A DNA stretch of 44,607 bases from Nemertoderma westbladi. Taxonomy: Eukaryota > Animalia > Xenacoelomorpha. The notes under the pieces are model-generated. The model worked only from the letters and a program-made list of their open reading frames with translations. It was not told the origin of the DNA and searched no databases. Positions 1 to 12,100 of this stretch are shown here, piece after piece (positions within the stretch are counted from its first letter, which is position 1; each line of letters begins with the position of its first letter). The DNA lies in contig JAUCBJ010005452.1 in NCBI GenBank assembly GCA_032718475.1, positions 1-44,607 on the forward strand, read 5' to 3'. A program made the translations under genes and the position numbers.

Positions 1-319
1 AAATTAAACCGTCGAACCCAATCTCCCGGGAATATCCAGCGGGTGAATGGTCGCGCACGGATTGGTTTCGACTAGTGTAGTGAATCAAATACTTGTCATA
101 GGCTAAAAAGCGATTTAATATCTAGAAGACATCTTAATTTGGCGGGTTAAACTGCCAAAGGTCTGAAAGCGCGAACAACTTGCTCATAAATCGCCCCCAG
201 TCCATTGAATGTGCCCAAATCCCATGTTCCCGCACCCAGTAGTGATATCGGAATATTCATTTAAAATAAATCCAAAAAATATTCAACTCGCGTTAAGAAA
301 AGTTGAAATACCGCGAACA
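1..319 (-). repeat. 3' LTR of element A (partial)
   Basis: On the minus strand the purine tract TTGGGGGGGAC is followed directly by TGTTCGCGG (starting at 319); ATTAAA lies downstream. No second copy is in the window to confirm it. Confidence 0.65.
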
Positions 320-330
320 GTCCCCCCCAA
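320..330 (-). promoter_or_regulatory. Polypurine tract of element A
   Basis: Reverse complement TTGGGGGGGAC immediately before TGT, the usual Bel/Pao PPT-LTR junction. Confidence 0.65.
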
Positions 331-483
331 TGACCTTCGTGAGGTCTATCGGTAGATCGAGTTTGCGTAGGTCATTTCCCATATAAAAAACCCAAATTTT
401 AATATTGCATAGTCTTGATTAATTTTTTCTAGAGTTAGTTTATTTAAATATAAAAATAAATGTCCCTGGAATATCCTGGTCCT

Positions 484-3084
484 CTATTTCTTACTCTGAT
501 ACGCCTTTCTCCTCTTCGCCCGTCGACTCTCATCGATCGCCAGTGCTGGTAGGGGAGCATCAAAGTCCATCGTGAGCATTGCTTCAGCTTGTCTCCTGGC
601 GGCTCTTCCCTTCGATGGTAGTGGGATCATATCCGTCCGTCTCTCCAACTCGGTGGTGCGTGCCTCTGGGAACCACTTTCCGTCACCGAACTCTTCCTTA
701 TATGAATATAAACGCCTAAGGATCTCGAATGGGCCGAATAATCCAGCGCTTAATAAAAGGTACACGTAATTCAATGGTAGCATCGCTGTCGTATGGAGGC
801 GTTCTGGGAACGAAAAGTACCCGCACGCCATCTCTTGCGCAATATTTCGAGCGCTTCTCCGCACTTTGGTCTTTACGTGGTTATTGGCGTAGGTTTCAAA
901 CATAACCATATTTCCCATAGCGGTTACATCCTTCGTAGGACACTTTATATTATAACGGGGGCTTGCGGAATGTCCATGGAAGCCGCATTCTGTGCAGAGG
1001 TTGTAAAGGGTTGGACAAACCGATACATCGTGGCCCGATGTTGCGCAATAGGGACAGTAGAGTATCCCAAGGAGCTGGAGGCATGAATCGGTAACCCGAT
1101 TTCTCTTTCCGCGTGGGCACTGCTCCGAACCGCAGTTTCCGCACACCTCTAGTTGTATCTCCCGACCGAAGAATATCGGAATCGGGACGCCGGCGTAATA
1201 CTCAAGTCATCGGTCGCTTTTGGGAATATTCGCCGTGGCTGGTAGCCCGCGAAAGGCTGGGCTTTGGCGTAGTATGTTCTCGTTTCGATAACTTTCTTTA
1301 TACCCTGCCGGTCGCATCCCGGGCGCCCGTTTCTGGCGGTGGATCCATTCGGTCTGCTCGGCGTACCATCGGGTAAGTCGCATAGGGTCTTGTGGAATGG
1401 AAGGGGTCGTTGCCACAGCTGGTCGGCGAAGAGGTGCCGGGGCGTTCGACGGAGGAATACTGAGGAGATCTACGGGAGTCGGAGCAAAGCTGGGCCCCTT
1501 AGCAACCTGTATCACTGAGCGGGTCCGTTGGGTGCTGGTACTCGGGATCTCCAAAGACCAGTCTTCTCCCCCCGGGAATGGATATGGAGACAACATCTGA
1601 CATATGTCGCCGAAGTCATTCAACGCGAAGGTAGTTACTAGCTCCCTAGCGGGACTACCGGAGCCAAGTGGGGTGGATATGCCTGCTTCCATCGCAGGTT
1701 CGGCCGAGGCAACCCGTTTGACGGCCGGTTCGTACGCGACTTCCGGATCGAGTTGTCGCTTTGGGGTGGACAGTAGAACACCTTCCTGTAGCCATAATTC
1801 TTCCCCATCCGAAGATATCAGAGGTTCCTCCGCACCGAGGAGATCAGCAATCGTAGGGATGTCAAACGGTCCATTCTCGTCCCAGGATGCGATGACGGTG
1901 AGCGTTTTTGTCTCTCCCAGTGGAATATTCTCTACTGCTTTGAACGCGTGGTCGATAACTTCGTTCCACTCATAGTCGGTAAAGGACCTAGTAACCGCCT
2001 TAATGAGGCTATCAAGAGTCTTACAGATGAACTTGGCTACTGTGTATGATTCCATAACGACGTAGATATAGTTCCGTCGATCCGGATTCTCCCACTTGTG
2101 GTGGATCGTCCACTTTCTTTCTACGTCCTTCCAGCAACTCTCTCGCTCACTCTTTATTTCTAATTCCGGGTACCCACCATATATCTTATTATAATCCTGG
2201 AATTTCTGGGGTTTAAAGTCTATACCGCCGTTTAGCACTGCGAGGTAGCCAATACCGGATTTCGTCTGTCTCACCTCTCGGAATCCTTGCATGAATTCTG
2301 CGGATCGCAACCAGGCTAGCAGTGTTTGGATGTCGACGCAATGACTAATGGCATTGAGATCTTCTCAACGGTTTCTTCCGAAAGGAGCGTTAGCGTAGTC
2401 GTTTCGGACGTCCGCCTTTATATCCGACCCGATTTTAATGACATCGAAATCAAATAGGATCTGTTGGATCTCAGGTGGTAATAGCCAGATCGCTCCGGCT
2501 GTCCGCACCTCCTGTTTGGGTGTCGGGAATATTCGACATATCAACACCAAACCGTCTAGGGTTCCGAGGATGACGACCAAGGATCGACTGTATTCCTTCA
2601 TCCCATACTTCTCCTGGTAGTCGTCGCGATTCTGGATAATTGATATACGTTCCTCTCGCAGCATTGCCATACACTCCGCTAGGTTTCCCCAGTGGGTGAG
2701 GTACATACTCTTGTCGTCGACAAAACTTTGGCATCGCGCCGACGTAATCGCTTTCGAGGTGGGCGTCGCGTTTCCCTCGTTGTCGTATATCAAACATCGG
2801 GATTTGTAGACGCTTTTCCGGAACGTTTCCCAGAACGACAACTCCTCTCCTCCGGTTGCCTTTGCATTCCGAGTTCTTTTCAGTCTCGTACTAACATCGG
2901 TCAACCAGAGTTCTCGTAGATTACGGGAATCCGGTCCCTCTCGCCCGGAGAATTTAATGATTCGCACATTCTCAGCTATCAGGGCATTCCATTCTGTATC
3001 AAAGTTAGGAGATCCAGGCTGTGGATATTCCAGTGAATCGAGTGTATTACGTATTTCGCCGAGAATTTGGCGATTTGGGTCCAT
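484..3084 (-). pseudogene. Accessory ORF3 of element A: DEDDy (WRN/EXD/Mut-7-like) 3'-5' exonuclease plus C-terminal CCHC zinc knuckles; 867 codons with two in-frame TGA
   Basis: ORFs 2365..3084, 1207..2310 and 484..1146 share one frame, separated only by TGA at 2365-2367 and 1207-1209. Motifs: LIYDNEG (ExoI DxE), LPPEIQQILFDFDVIKIGSDIKAD (ExoII), CVDIQTL, KSGIGYLA, W..YVVMES (ExoIII-like), CPYCATSGHDVSVC (CX2CX4HX4C), CTECGFHGH. Confidence 0.75.
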
Positions 3085-3282
3085 ATTTTCAATTATGTCT
3101 ATTGCAAATTTAAGTAAGTTAATTATAAATCTAGAAAGTTTGATTCTATAGTGACTGCAGAATAATTCAGTTTATTTGTAATTCCGTTTATTAATTATTA
3201 TTGCTATATAGGCATCTACCTTCTTATTGCTACTACATTCGGTATTTACAGTTACTATAGCTATACATTAATATCCAACCAG

Positions 3283-3645
3283 TTTTTGACTTTTTATGTC
3301 CTCTTCTTTTTCCAATTCTTTTCCTTTCTACATTTTATACATTTTTTTGTCTTTTTTCACTTCTCATTTATTACTCATTTCACATTTCATTTTTTCATCA
3401 CATTTCATCATTTATTTCCACATTTCATCATTTATTTCCACCATTTTTTACACATTTCATTTATTTCCATTTCATCATTGTGTTATAGCCCCCCGGCTAT
3501 CATCATTTGTTATAAGCGCAGCACCAGGGTGCGCATCATTACATTTTCATCATCATACGCGCGTCATCATTCAGTTTATAGTAGGGTTGTCTGTTTCTTT
3601 TCATCATTTCCAACTACATTCAACCATCTTCTTTGGTAAATTTTC
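3283..3645. repeat. T-rich low-complexity tract (CATTTCATCA-like units)
   Basis: Repeated cattt/catttcatca/tttttca motifs; A-rich on the element's sense strand. Confidence 0.8.
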
Positions 3646-3648
3646 GTT

Positions 3649-4078
3649 GTGGAAGGGGTGTTACGCGGCAATCTGGGATCTACAGCTGGGCTAGTTACAC
3701 CGCCTACGCCCCAAACTGCACACGTAACGGACAATGAAGATGCTGGAAGTGAAGTCACGTGGAATGCACCAGGGACCCACCAGAATAACACTCCCAACAA
3801 CATAAATCTCAGCCGACGAAGTCATGTGGGATGGGGTTACGCAACATTCTGGGATCTACAGCTGGACTAGTTACACCGCCTATGCGCCAAAATCCACGCA
3901 ATGGTCCCACCAGAATAACGCGACTGAGAAACATAAAACCTCTATCGACGAAGTCATGTGGATGCACCATGGACCCACCAGAATAACGGGATAGAGGGGG
4001 TGTTGTGCGGCAATCCGGGATCTACAGCTGGACTAGTTACACCGCGTATGCCCCGAACTGCGCACGCAACGGACAACA
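3649..4078. repeat. Imperfect ~170-bp tandem repeat (about 2.5 units) in the pol-ORF3 spacer
   Basis: Core GGGATCTACAGCTGG(G/A)CTAGTTACACCGC near 3676, 3851 and 4017; CCCACCAGAATAAC near 3776, 3906 and 3974. Confidence 0.85.
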
Positions 4079-7000
4079 AAATACAACACAATGGATACAA
4101 TGAATTCCACTTCAAATCTTTACCATTTCCAATAATCCAATGTCGTTGGTCCTGATGACCAAAATCAGGGTAAACAATTCATAAACTACCCTGCGTCAGT
4201 CGAAACATCTGCAGGGTGATGCTGGACTCCACATAACACACGAGGAAACACAAATACCATTGCGTGGTTACAGTTGGTTTAAGGGGGGTCCATTATTCAT
4301 TGTCAGTAAATCACATTTTAAAGAGTTTGTCAACAGGATGAGAAGGGTTTAAATGGGTTTAGCATTGTCACCAATGTCTGCAGCAGGATCCTGAGTAGGG
4401 AACTTATCACCTCTCTTGGAGTAACCGCTGTCATTGCCTTCGAGAAGGCACAGCCTCCGGATAGGGCGTTGGTAGCGGCCCTTAGCCGTTCGTATCGTCA
4501 CAGTTCTCGCAAGTCCGTCTTTACTTGGGTTTATTGCCACAATTAGCGCCACAGCGGTCTTTAAGGTCTTCCTTAACCAACACCATGTTGCCAACTGCGA
4601 TGTTCCTGTAGGTGTTGTTCCACTTCCTCCTGGTCTGGAGGGTTATGAGGTACTCTTGGGCCCAGATTCTCCACCAATGCGCTGCCAACGCTTGGGCCTT
4701 CTTCCAATTGGTATGTCTCGCAAAATCGTTGGGATCTGGGAACATCGCCTCTGGAAGAATGTTGGTTTTGGGTCTTCCGAGTAGATGGTTAGGTGTAAGA
4801 GGCTCCAGATCTGTGGGGTCGTCGTGAATAGGTACGATGGGCCGGTTGTTTAGGGTAGCCATGATCTTGCAGAATGTTGTGCGAAGGGTGTTGTGGGTTA
4901 CCCAGGTGTCCCCTAATGCGATGCGCATAGATCGTTTTACCAAGTCGATGAGCTTCTCCCATACCCCGCTCGTATGGGGTGCCAAGGGTGTTTGGAAGTG
5001 CCATTGTATATGGTGTTCCCTCCAGACTTGGGATGTGGTCTCTTCTGTGAACCATCCTCCGCCTCTCTAAGTTCTCTTTCTCCTCCCACAAAGTTTGTTC
5101 CATTATCGGAGTACATATGACGACATGTTCCATTGTTTGCCACGAACCGACACAGGGCGTTGAGAAATGCGTGTTGCGTAAGGTTCACTACGAGGTCTAG
5201 GTAGATTGCCCTAGACCTAAGGCATGTAAAGATGGCTCCCCAGCATTTGATGTTGGATCGTCGCTCGATGACTGTAAATGGTCCTAAACAGTCTACTCCG
5301 GTTACGTAGAATGGCGGGGAATCGGACTGCAGTCGCGTGGCTGGTAAGTCGGCCATTCTTTGTGTGAGCGGTGGCGCTAGATATCTTCTGCAGGGAAAAC
5401 AACGCTTTAACACTTTCCGGATCAGTGGCTGGATGTGGGTGATCCAATATCTTTGCCGTATATTAGCCATAATCCAGTTCTATCCCGCGTGATGGTTTTC
5501 CTCGTGATACTGTTGGATTAATATCTTGGCTAGTGTTGACGTTCCGGGCAGAAGCGCTGGGTATTTGACATCGTATTCAACCGGGGCGTTTGCCATCCGG
5601 GTATTCAGTCGAATCAGTCCGTCTTCTCCCATCATGGGTCTCAATTGGTAGACTGGACTGTCCGGTTTCAAGGTTTTGCCCGCACTGAGTTGTTCCCACT
5701 AATCGGGGAAACTTTCTTTCTGGACATATCTAACAATACACTTCTCCGCAATAATGAGTTCTTGTATACTTCATCGAACTATCGGTTTGTTGTCCTTCCA
5801 CCGCAGGAAGTTGCGAAGAGTTAAGATGTGGTGGATGAGACGTCTCATTGAAGAGGTTCGCTCTATCAATAGTTGTAAAGACGCCGCTGGTTGCGTGATA
5901 GTCGCGATATTATAGTGCCTGCCCTAGTCCTTTGCAGGCTCGGTCAGACAACTATATATCTCCACTGTGGCACTTCTATGGACTTTACGGATCCCCTTGT
6001 CGTCTTCGGAGTATTTTCCGCTATCTAGTTCGGGATCGAATCGGGTGCTCGAGGTTAATTGTGGCTGCTGTAGGAATTCCGGGCCTGTAAGCCAGAGTTT
6101 ACTTTTACCGAGTTGTCGTGGGGTGGCGCCTCTGCTCGATAAATCCGCTGGGTTTTCTTTCCCGTTTACATGGTGCCACTGTTCTCGGCCGGTGCACTGT
6201 TTTATCTCAGTGGCTCGGTTCGCTACAAACGTGGTATGTCGCCGTGATGGTGAGTGGAGGTAGTAGAGTACGATACTCGAATCGACCCAGAAATGCTGCG
6301 ATTTGATGGGGATTCATAAGTTCCGCATGATCATGCAGTTCTGCCTTACTGCCCAAACTGCGGCCTGTAGCTCGAGTCTCGGTATCGTTGCTACGAATTC
6401 CCCGGATACCGTCTTAGCCTTAGAGAATAAGAAGCTTGTATCGCCGTTTCCATCCTGACTTAAACTTCTTAGGAAGGTAACTACGCCGATTCCGGTATTC
6501 GATGCGTCAGAGAAGGTATGGAGCTGGAATATATCGGTGGGTAGTTTATCGAGGAAGAATGGTCGAGGGATCCGCATAAGATGTAGATGTTCGAGTTGTT
6601 CCGTCCACTTTCTCCATTTGGCACTGAGGTGTGGGGGAGTTCTTCATCCCAACCCAGTCTTTCTATCCACATTTCTTCAAATGATCAAATTCATTCCGGC
6701 CAATGTTACTGGAGATATGAAGTTTAGTGGATCAAATATAGCACTCTTTATAGACAGACATCCCCTTTTTGTCATGGGCTTGGGTAGGGGGTTATATTTG
6801 AAGATGAACTCATCCAATTCTATGTCCCATTCGATACCGAGTACACGGTGATCCACACCCTCGGAATACATTTTGTTGTCGTCCAGTCTGATTTCCTCTG
6901 GGAACTTTTCCATAAGTTCCTTATCGTGGGATCTAAACTTTACGAGAGGGAAGCCTCCTCTCTTTAAACATTCTACCATTCCCATCGCCAGCTGATATGC

Positions 7001-7623
7001 CTTGTCGACATTATTGGCACCGGCGCATCCGTCGTCTACGTAGAAACATCGTCGGATGGTCTCTATGACTGTCAGAGGGAACTCGTTTTCGCACATAGCC
7101 GCTGTTTTCTTCAGCATGTCACTACATGCCACCGGCGAGTCCTTAGCGCCGAAGATCCTGACAATCATGCGCATTACATCCACATCCTTCAAGGTGAGTT
7201 GACTTATCTCCTGTGGAGTTGATGTTTTATCTGTCCATAATATACGTAAACAGTCTGAGTCTCTTGGTAGCATTCGGACCTGGTGGAACATCGCTTTGAT
7301 GTCGCAGGTGAAGGAAATTCGGTTTTCCCTGAACCTGATCAACACGCCGATGAGTGTACTGTAGATGTTGGGCCCTGTATAAAGTTGGCTGTTCAGGGAT
7401 TCGCCCTGATACATAGCTGCAGCATCATTCACTACCCTGATTTTACCACCCTTCCGAGCTTCTACCACATAGTGGATTGGGAGATAATACGTCCGTCTAC
7501 CCCCTTGCAGTTCATTCTGGGGTACCATTTCCGCCAATCCATCTTCTAGATATCCTCTAATTACATTATTGTATTTCTCCTTTATCTCGGGTAGGTCGTT
7601 TAACCGGCGTAGGATCCCCTTAA

Positions 7624-9176
7624 CCCTATTAAACCCGGGGGGGGGTCAATATGACCCCCCCCGTGGTTTTTTTATTATAATTCTGAAACAAACGCAGTTG
7701 GGAATCTGAAATTTTATGACTTTTCCTAAAAATATATTGTCTTCCTAGTAGTGAAAACCGTTTTCAAAAATATTGGGTACTTTTCGAGTTATAGCACCAT
7801 TTTTTAGCCCTACTTTTGGCACTTTTTTTGAGACGTTTTTTGAAAATTACATTTCATTAAATATGAATTGTAACATCTCTAATTTTGATTTACACCGGTT
7901 TTTTGGTGTTAGAAATTTGATGGAATTCATATCAATTGATTTAGAAATTTCAAACTTGTATTTTTCGGCGGGTACCAAATTTTGGTGCCAGCACCAAATT
8001 TTGAAATAAGTCAATTTTGTAAATTGAACGTTTGAAACTTGTTTTTTACGCAATTGGGGTTTTTTGGGTTTCTGGATTCGATGAAATATATACGAGTTGC
8101 ACCAAGCGTATCAAACTTGTATTTTTCGGTGCTGGGTGCAAATTTTGGTGCTAGCACGAAATTTTGAAAATCCATTCAATAGATAAAATTGCTTGTGACA
8201 ATTTATTTCTTGCGTTTTAGAGGTTTATGGCTGTTCTGAATTCAATGGAAAATATAATTATCGAACTAGACATATCAAACTTGTATTTTTCGGATGTGGG
8301 TGCAAGATGTGGTGCTAGCACCAAATTTTGAAAACCATCAAATATATCAATTGATTGTGTCACCTTGTTTCTTGCGTTATACGGGTTTGTGATGGTTCTG
8401 AATTCAATGGAATCAGTAAAAATTTCATAAGAGTTCTCAAACTTGTATTTTTCGCCGGTGGGTGAAAATTGTTGCGCCAGCACCAAATTTTGGAAAATAT
8501 GCAAATTGATAAGTAGATAGTATCACCTTGTTTCTTGCGTTATACGGGTTTATGAGGGTCCTGAATCCGATGGAATCAATAAAAACAGCACTGGACATCG
8601 CAAACTTGTACTTTTTGGTGATGGGTACGAAATTTGGTGCTAGCACCAAAATTTGCCAAATTACGCCGAAAAATACAAGTAGCAATGATCTGGCATATTA
8701 GAAATGTATACCATTAGAATCAGCGCCCTCGAAAACCTGAAAATGTGAATTTATAGCATCGTATAAGTGAATTAAAAATTTTGTGTTCTAACTGAAAAGT
8801 GCTGGTTACTTGTTTTTTTCATTTTTTTCCTACGCAGAGAGGACTAAACAGCCATTTTTAGTAATCATATCATTTTTTAATATTTTCCAATGTATTTTGC
8901 ACCCCAGAAAACCTGTATTGAAAAATAATTAGCCGAAAATGTATCTTTCAAATTTGGTGAAAATTGTGCACTACTTGTAATTTTGGTGCTGCAATATAAC
9001 CACCCCAGTACATTTTTTCGAAATTTTTTTTTTTCGGTCGGATCCAGACAAGTGATACCTACGTACAAACAAAAAATCAGACGTTTTCGTAAATATTTGT
9101 AGATTTTAGAGGGGGGGGGTCAATATGACCCCCTCCCGGTATTTGTACAACATTTTATAGCCCGGTACTAATAGGG
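7624..9176. mobile_element. Non-autonomous piggyBac-type (TTAA) DNA transposon inserted in pol of element A
   Basis: TTAA TSD at 7620-7623 and 9177-9180; ends CCCTATTAAACCCGGG and (reverse complement) CCCTATTAGTACCGGG; subterminal palindrome GGGGGTCAATATGACCCCC at both ends. Removing it rejoins the pol frame (MALRRL/KGILRRLNDLPEIKEKYNNVIRGYLEDGLAE). No transposase ORF. Confidence 0.88.
7900..8660. repeat. Five ~162-bp internal tandem repeats with palindromic cores inside the TTAA element
   Basis: CAAACTTGTA at 7951, 8112, 8277, 8438 and 8601, each followed by a variant of AAATTTTGGTGC-TA-GCACCAAAATTT. Confidence 0.85.
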
Positions 9177-12100
9177 TTAAGCCTCCTAAGGGCCATGCCG
9201 GCATTATTCGCCATCGGTCTATCTGGGTCTTTCCACAGCATGGGCGAACACCAATGTCCGTCTTTGAAAGTGGCCTGATCAAGGACGTCGATACAATATT
9301 GATCTTCCTTGGACGGGTTCTCGTCCTTTTCAGCAAACTCTTGGGTCTCTAAGTTAAAGTACTTGGTCATTTCCTGCTGGGTTTTTTCAGTTTCTAGGAA
9401 TAAATCCTCGTCCAGGTCGGTGGCTGAACAGTAACCCACGGATGTTGCATTCTCTTTAATCTGGCATTTAGGGAGATATGTATAGGTGTCAGTAGTCTCC
9501 TCTTTGATGCCACATAATGTCCATCCCATGATGGTGCGTTCTGCATAAAAACCGTCGTCCGGCTTTACGGATCGGGTGACGTCTCCGGTTGGTATGTGTA
9601 ATTCCGGTGTGTCGAGTCCAATTAATAGGGTAATTCGGTTCACGTCCAAAGGCGGGCATCGTAGATCTACATCTTCCCGGTCTAGTTGTATGAGAGGTGC
9701 GTATTCAGATGATTGTCGGAACCGCACTCGCAGATCGGTGTGTACCAGAGCGTTCTTGATCGTCAGTTTGACTGTCTCGTAACCCTTCATAACCCCTTCC
9801 ATCTTGAGTTGTACCTCCCCGGACTCCACTTTTCTATGGTCGGTAATAGTTTGTATGGGCCGTTTGCAAGGTTCGTAGTCTAGGCCTAGTTGTTCGAGGA
9901 AATCCCGGTCGATGATGGTTCCGTCCGACCTGTTGTCAAGGAACGCGAGCGTTGTTAAGGATTTCCCGACCCCTTGAATTCTTACTGGGATCACTTTGGC
10001 GAAGACCATGTATCAGCAGTTTATAAGATTGATCGTAGCCGAGATATTTCTCACATATGATACATCGGTGGCAGTTTTAAACGGATTGGTTTCCTTCCGT
10101 TGAATCGTCCGGGTACCCTTAGAGACGTGATTCATTTCTCCTCTCCGTTTGGATTCGATCCTGAACGGGAGGGTGGTAAAATCGAAGTTCGCAGGGATGT
10201 GGAGGAGTGTGTGATGACGTAGGTCATTACAGACCGCGCAGCACGATCTTTGGTCGCAATCCCAAACATAGTGACCTGTTCCGAGACACCGGAAGCATCC
10301 TCGGTGTTTCATTATCGCCTCGAAGCGTGGGACGAGTTCAGCAAACTGGAACTTTCTGCAGAATTCCACCTTGTGTTTCTCTCCGCAGAAAAGACATAGA
10401 AGGGAGGTTGTGGTGCCTTTCCTCTCGGGTTCCCAATTCGCTAGATAACACGCCCATTCCTCGGCTGATGTCGGTTCCTCGTAGTCCTCATCGTCGGAAT
10501 CCTCGGCCATGGTGATGGCCATCGTACTCACCGGAGGGGGGCGGAATCTCGGTTTCGGAGTGGGTGCCCTGCTCCTGGAGTTGTTCTCTATTCCGTCTAA
10601 CTTGGAGAGACTTTGTTTGGAGAACATCGAGTCATTCATGGCTTCGGAGATATCATCTAGGAATGCCAACATTTTGAGGAAACTGGGATCTCGATCTGGG
10701 TGTCTGCGTCGGAGATCTACGCATTTATACGCCCACTTGCTTTGCAGCCATCCGGGGAACTTTCGGGCAATCTGTCGGAGGTTTAGAATGTTGTTTACTT
10801 GTTCCTCCTTATTTAATGGTTTTAGAGTGTAGTAGGCATCTTTCATGGAATCCGAGAACTCTTGGATATTCTGTGGGTCCCCTAGGGACCCAGCGTCCTG
10901 TATCAGTTTCTCGAGTGTCTTATTAATTATAGTTCCGATGTTTCTGTATCTTTTGTCTAGAGTTTTCCATGCGTCGTAGTACGCTTCGTGAGATCCTCCC
11001 TCGAAACATTTAATGATTCGACGTGGTTTGTCACCCAGGTATTGGGATAAATATACCAGTTTTTGTGCGTCGGTTATATCCGTTGACCCGATCTGAGCGA
11101 AGAACCGTTTCTTGAATCCGAGGTAATAGACGGGACCTCCCTCGAAGGTGCGGATCTCCATCTTGGGCATAGCCAGGCGGTTTTCCAAGGCTCAGATGAT
11201 GCCGACGTCGACCGAACTGGAATGACTAGGAGGATTATAGTTATTCACATTCTCTCCCATGCACGATGGATCGATGAGAGGTGGAGTTTTAATGATGATG
11301 CGGTTATGGATTTTCAGTGTGGATGTGAACGGATTGTTGGATCGAGGGGTGGCGTCCCGTTCCAAGTCCTTTTCAGGCTCGTACTGGGGAACGCTCGGTG
11401 CCGTGGGATTAGATGGGAAATAAGGTTCCTCATTCTTAAGCGTAACTGGTGGGGGGTGGAATACCGGTGCTTGTGCCGATAACGTAGACTGTATGGTAGG
11501 CGGGAACTCAGGTTTCGGGGGTTCCGCAGCCGGCGGTGTAAATGACTTTTCTAACTCCGGGACCGGAATTGGCTCATAGTCCTGTTCTATACCCCTTTCC
11601 CAGTTCTCGTATAGTTGAAGGTCCCATTCTATGAGTGCAGCTTCGTAGTCTGCGAGTTTAGCAATGTCCGCATTCTTTTTATGAACCAGAATCGCTTGGA
11701 CCTTGGTGTTCCGTTTACGCATTTCGGCCTCTTGTTTACGTATTTCGGCCTGTTGTTCGGCCTCTCGTTTACATCGTTCAGCCTCTTGTTTACATTTTTC
11801 GGCCCGTTGTTCGGCCTCTCAATTACATAGTTCGGCCTCTTGTTTACATTTTTCGGCTCGTATTTCGGCCTCTTGCATTTGTTGTTTGGCATGTATTTCG
11901 GCCTCCTGTTTATGTCTTTCCTCCGCCAGTGCATCCTTTTCAATTTGCAGTTGGACATACTCGTCTTCCATTTGAGCTTTAAGAGCCAATGCCCTCTGTT
12001 CTCGTAGCTGATCTCGGAGTGGTTGACCCCCTTGGGAACTGCGCGCTGAACCAGATATCTCGCTCCTAGTGCTGGAGTGCTGGTGCCTCGAGGACCCAGT

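Noticed and set aside
3286-3694. Hydrophobic Phe/His-rich membrane or env-like ORFs
   Set aside because: Products of a T-rich low-complexity tract, antisense to the element.
4148-4230. Active hammerhead ribozyme (CTGATGA..GAAAC)
   Set aside because: After stem III the sequence is GATG-C-T-G rather than G-U-H, stem I is out of register, and it is antisense to the element; kept only as a weak structure finding.
7773-9068. Transposase within the TTAA element
   Set aside because: Only short ORFs arising from internal repeats; no DDD motif.
9171-9180. Telomeric repeat (TAGGGTTAA / TTAACCCTA)
   Set aside because: Single units that are simply the transposon termini plus TSD.
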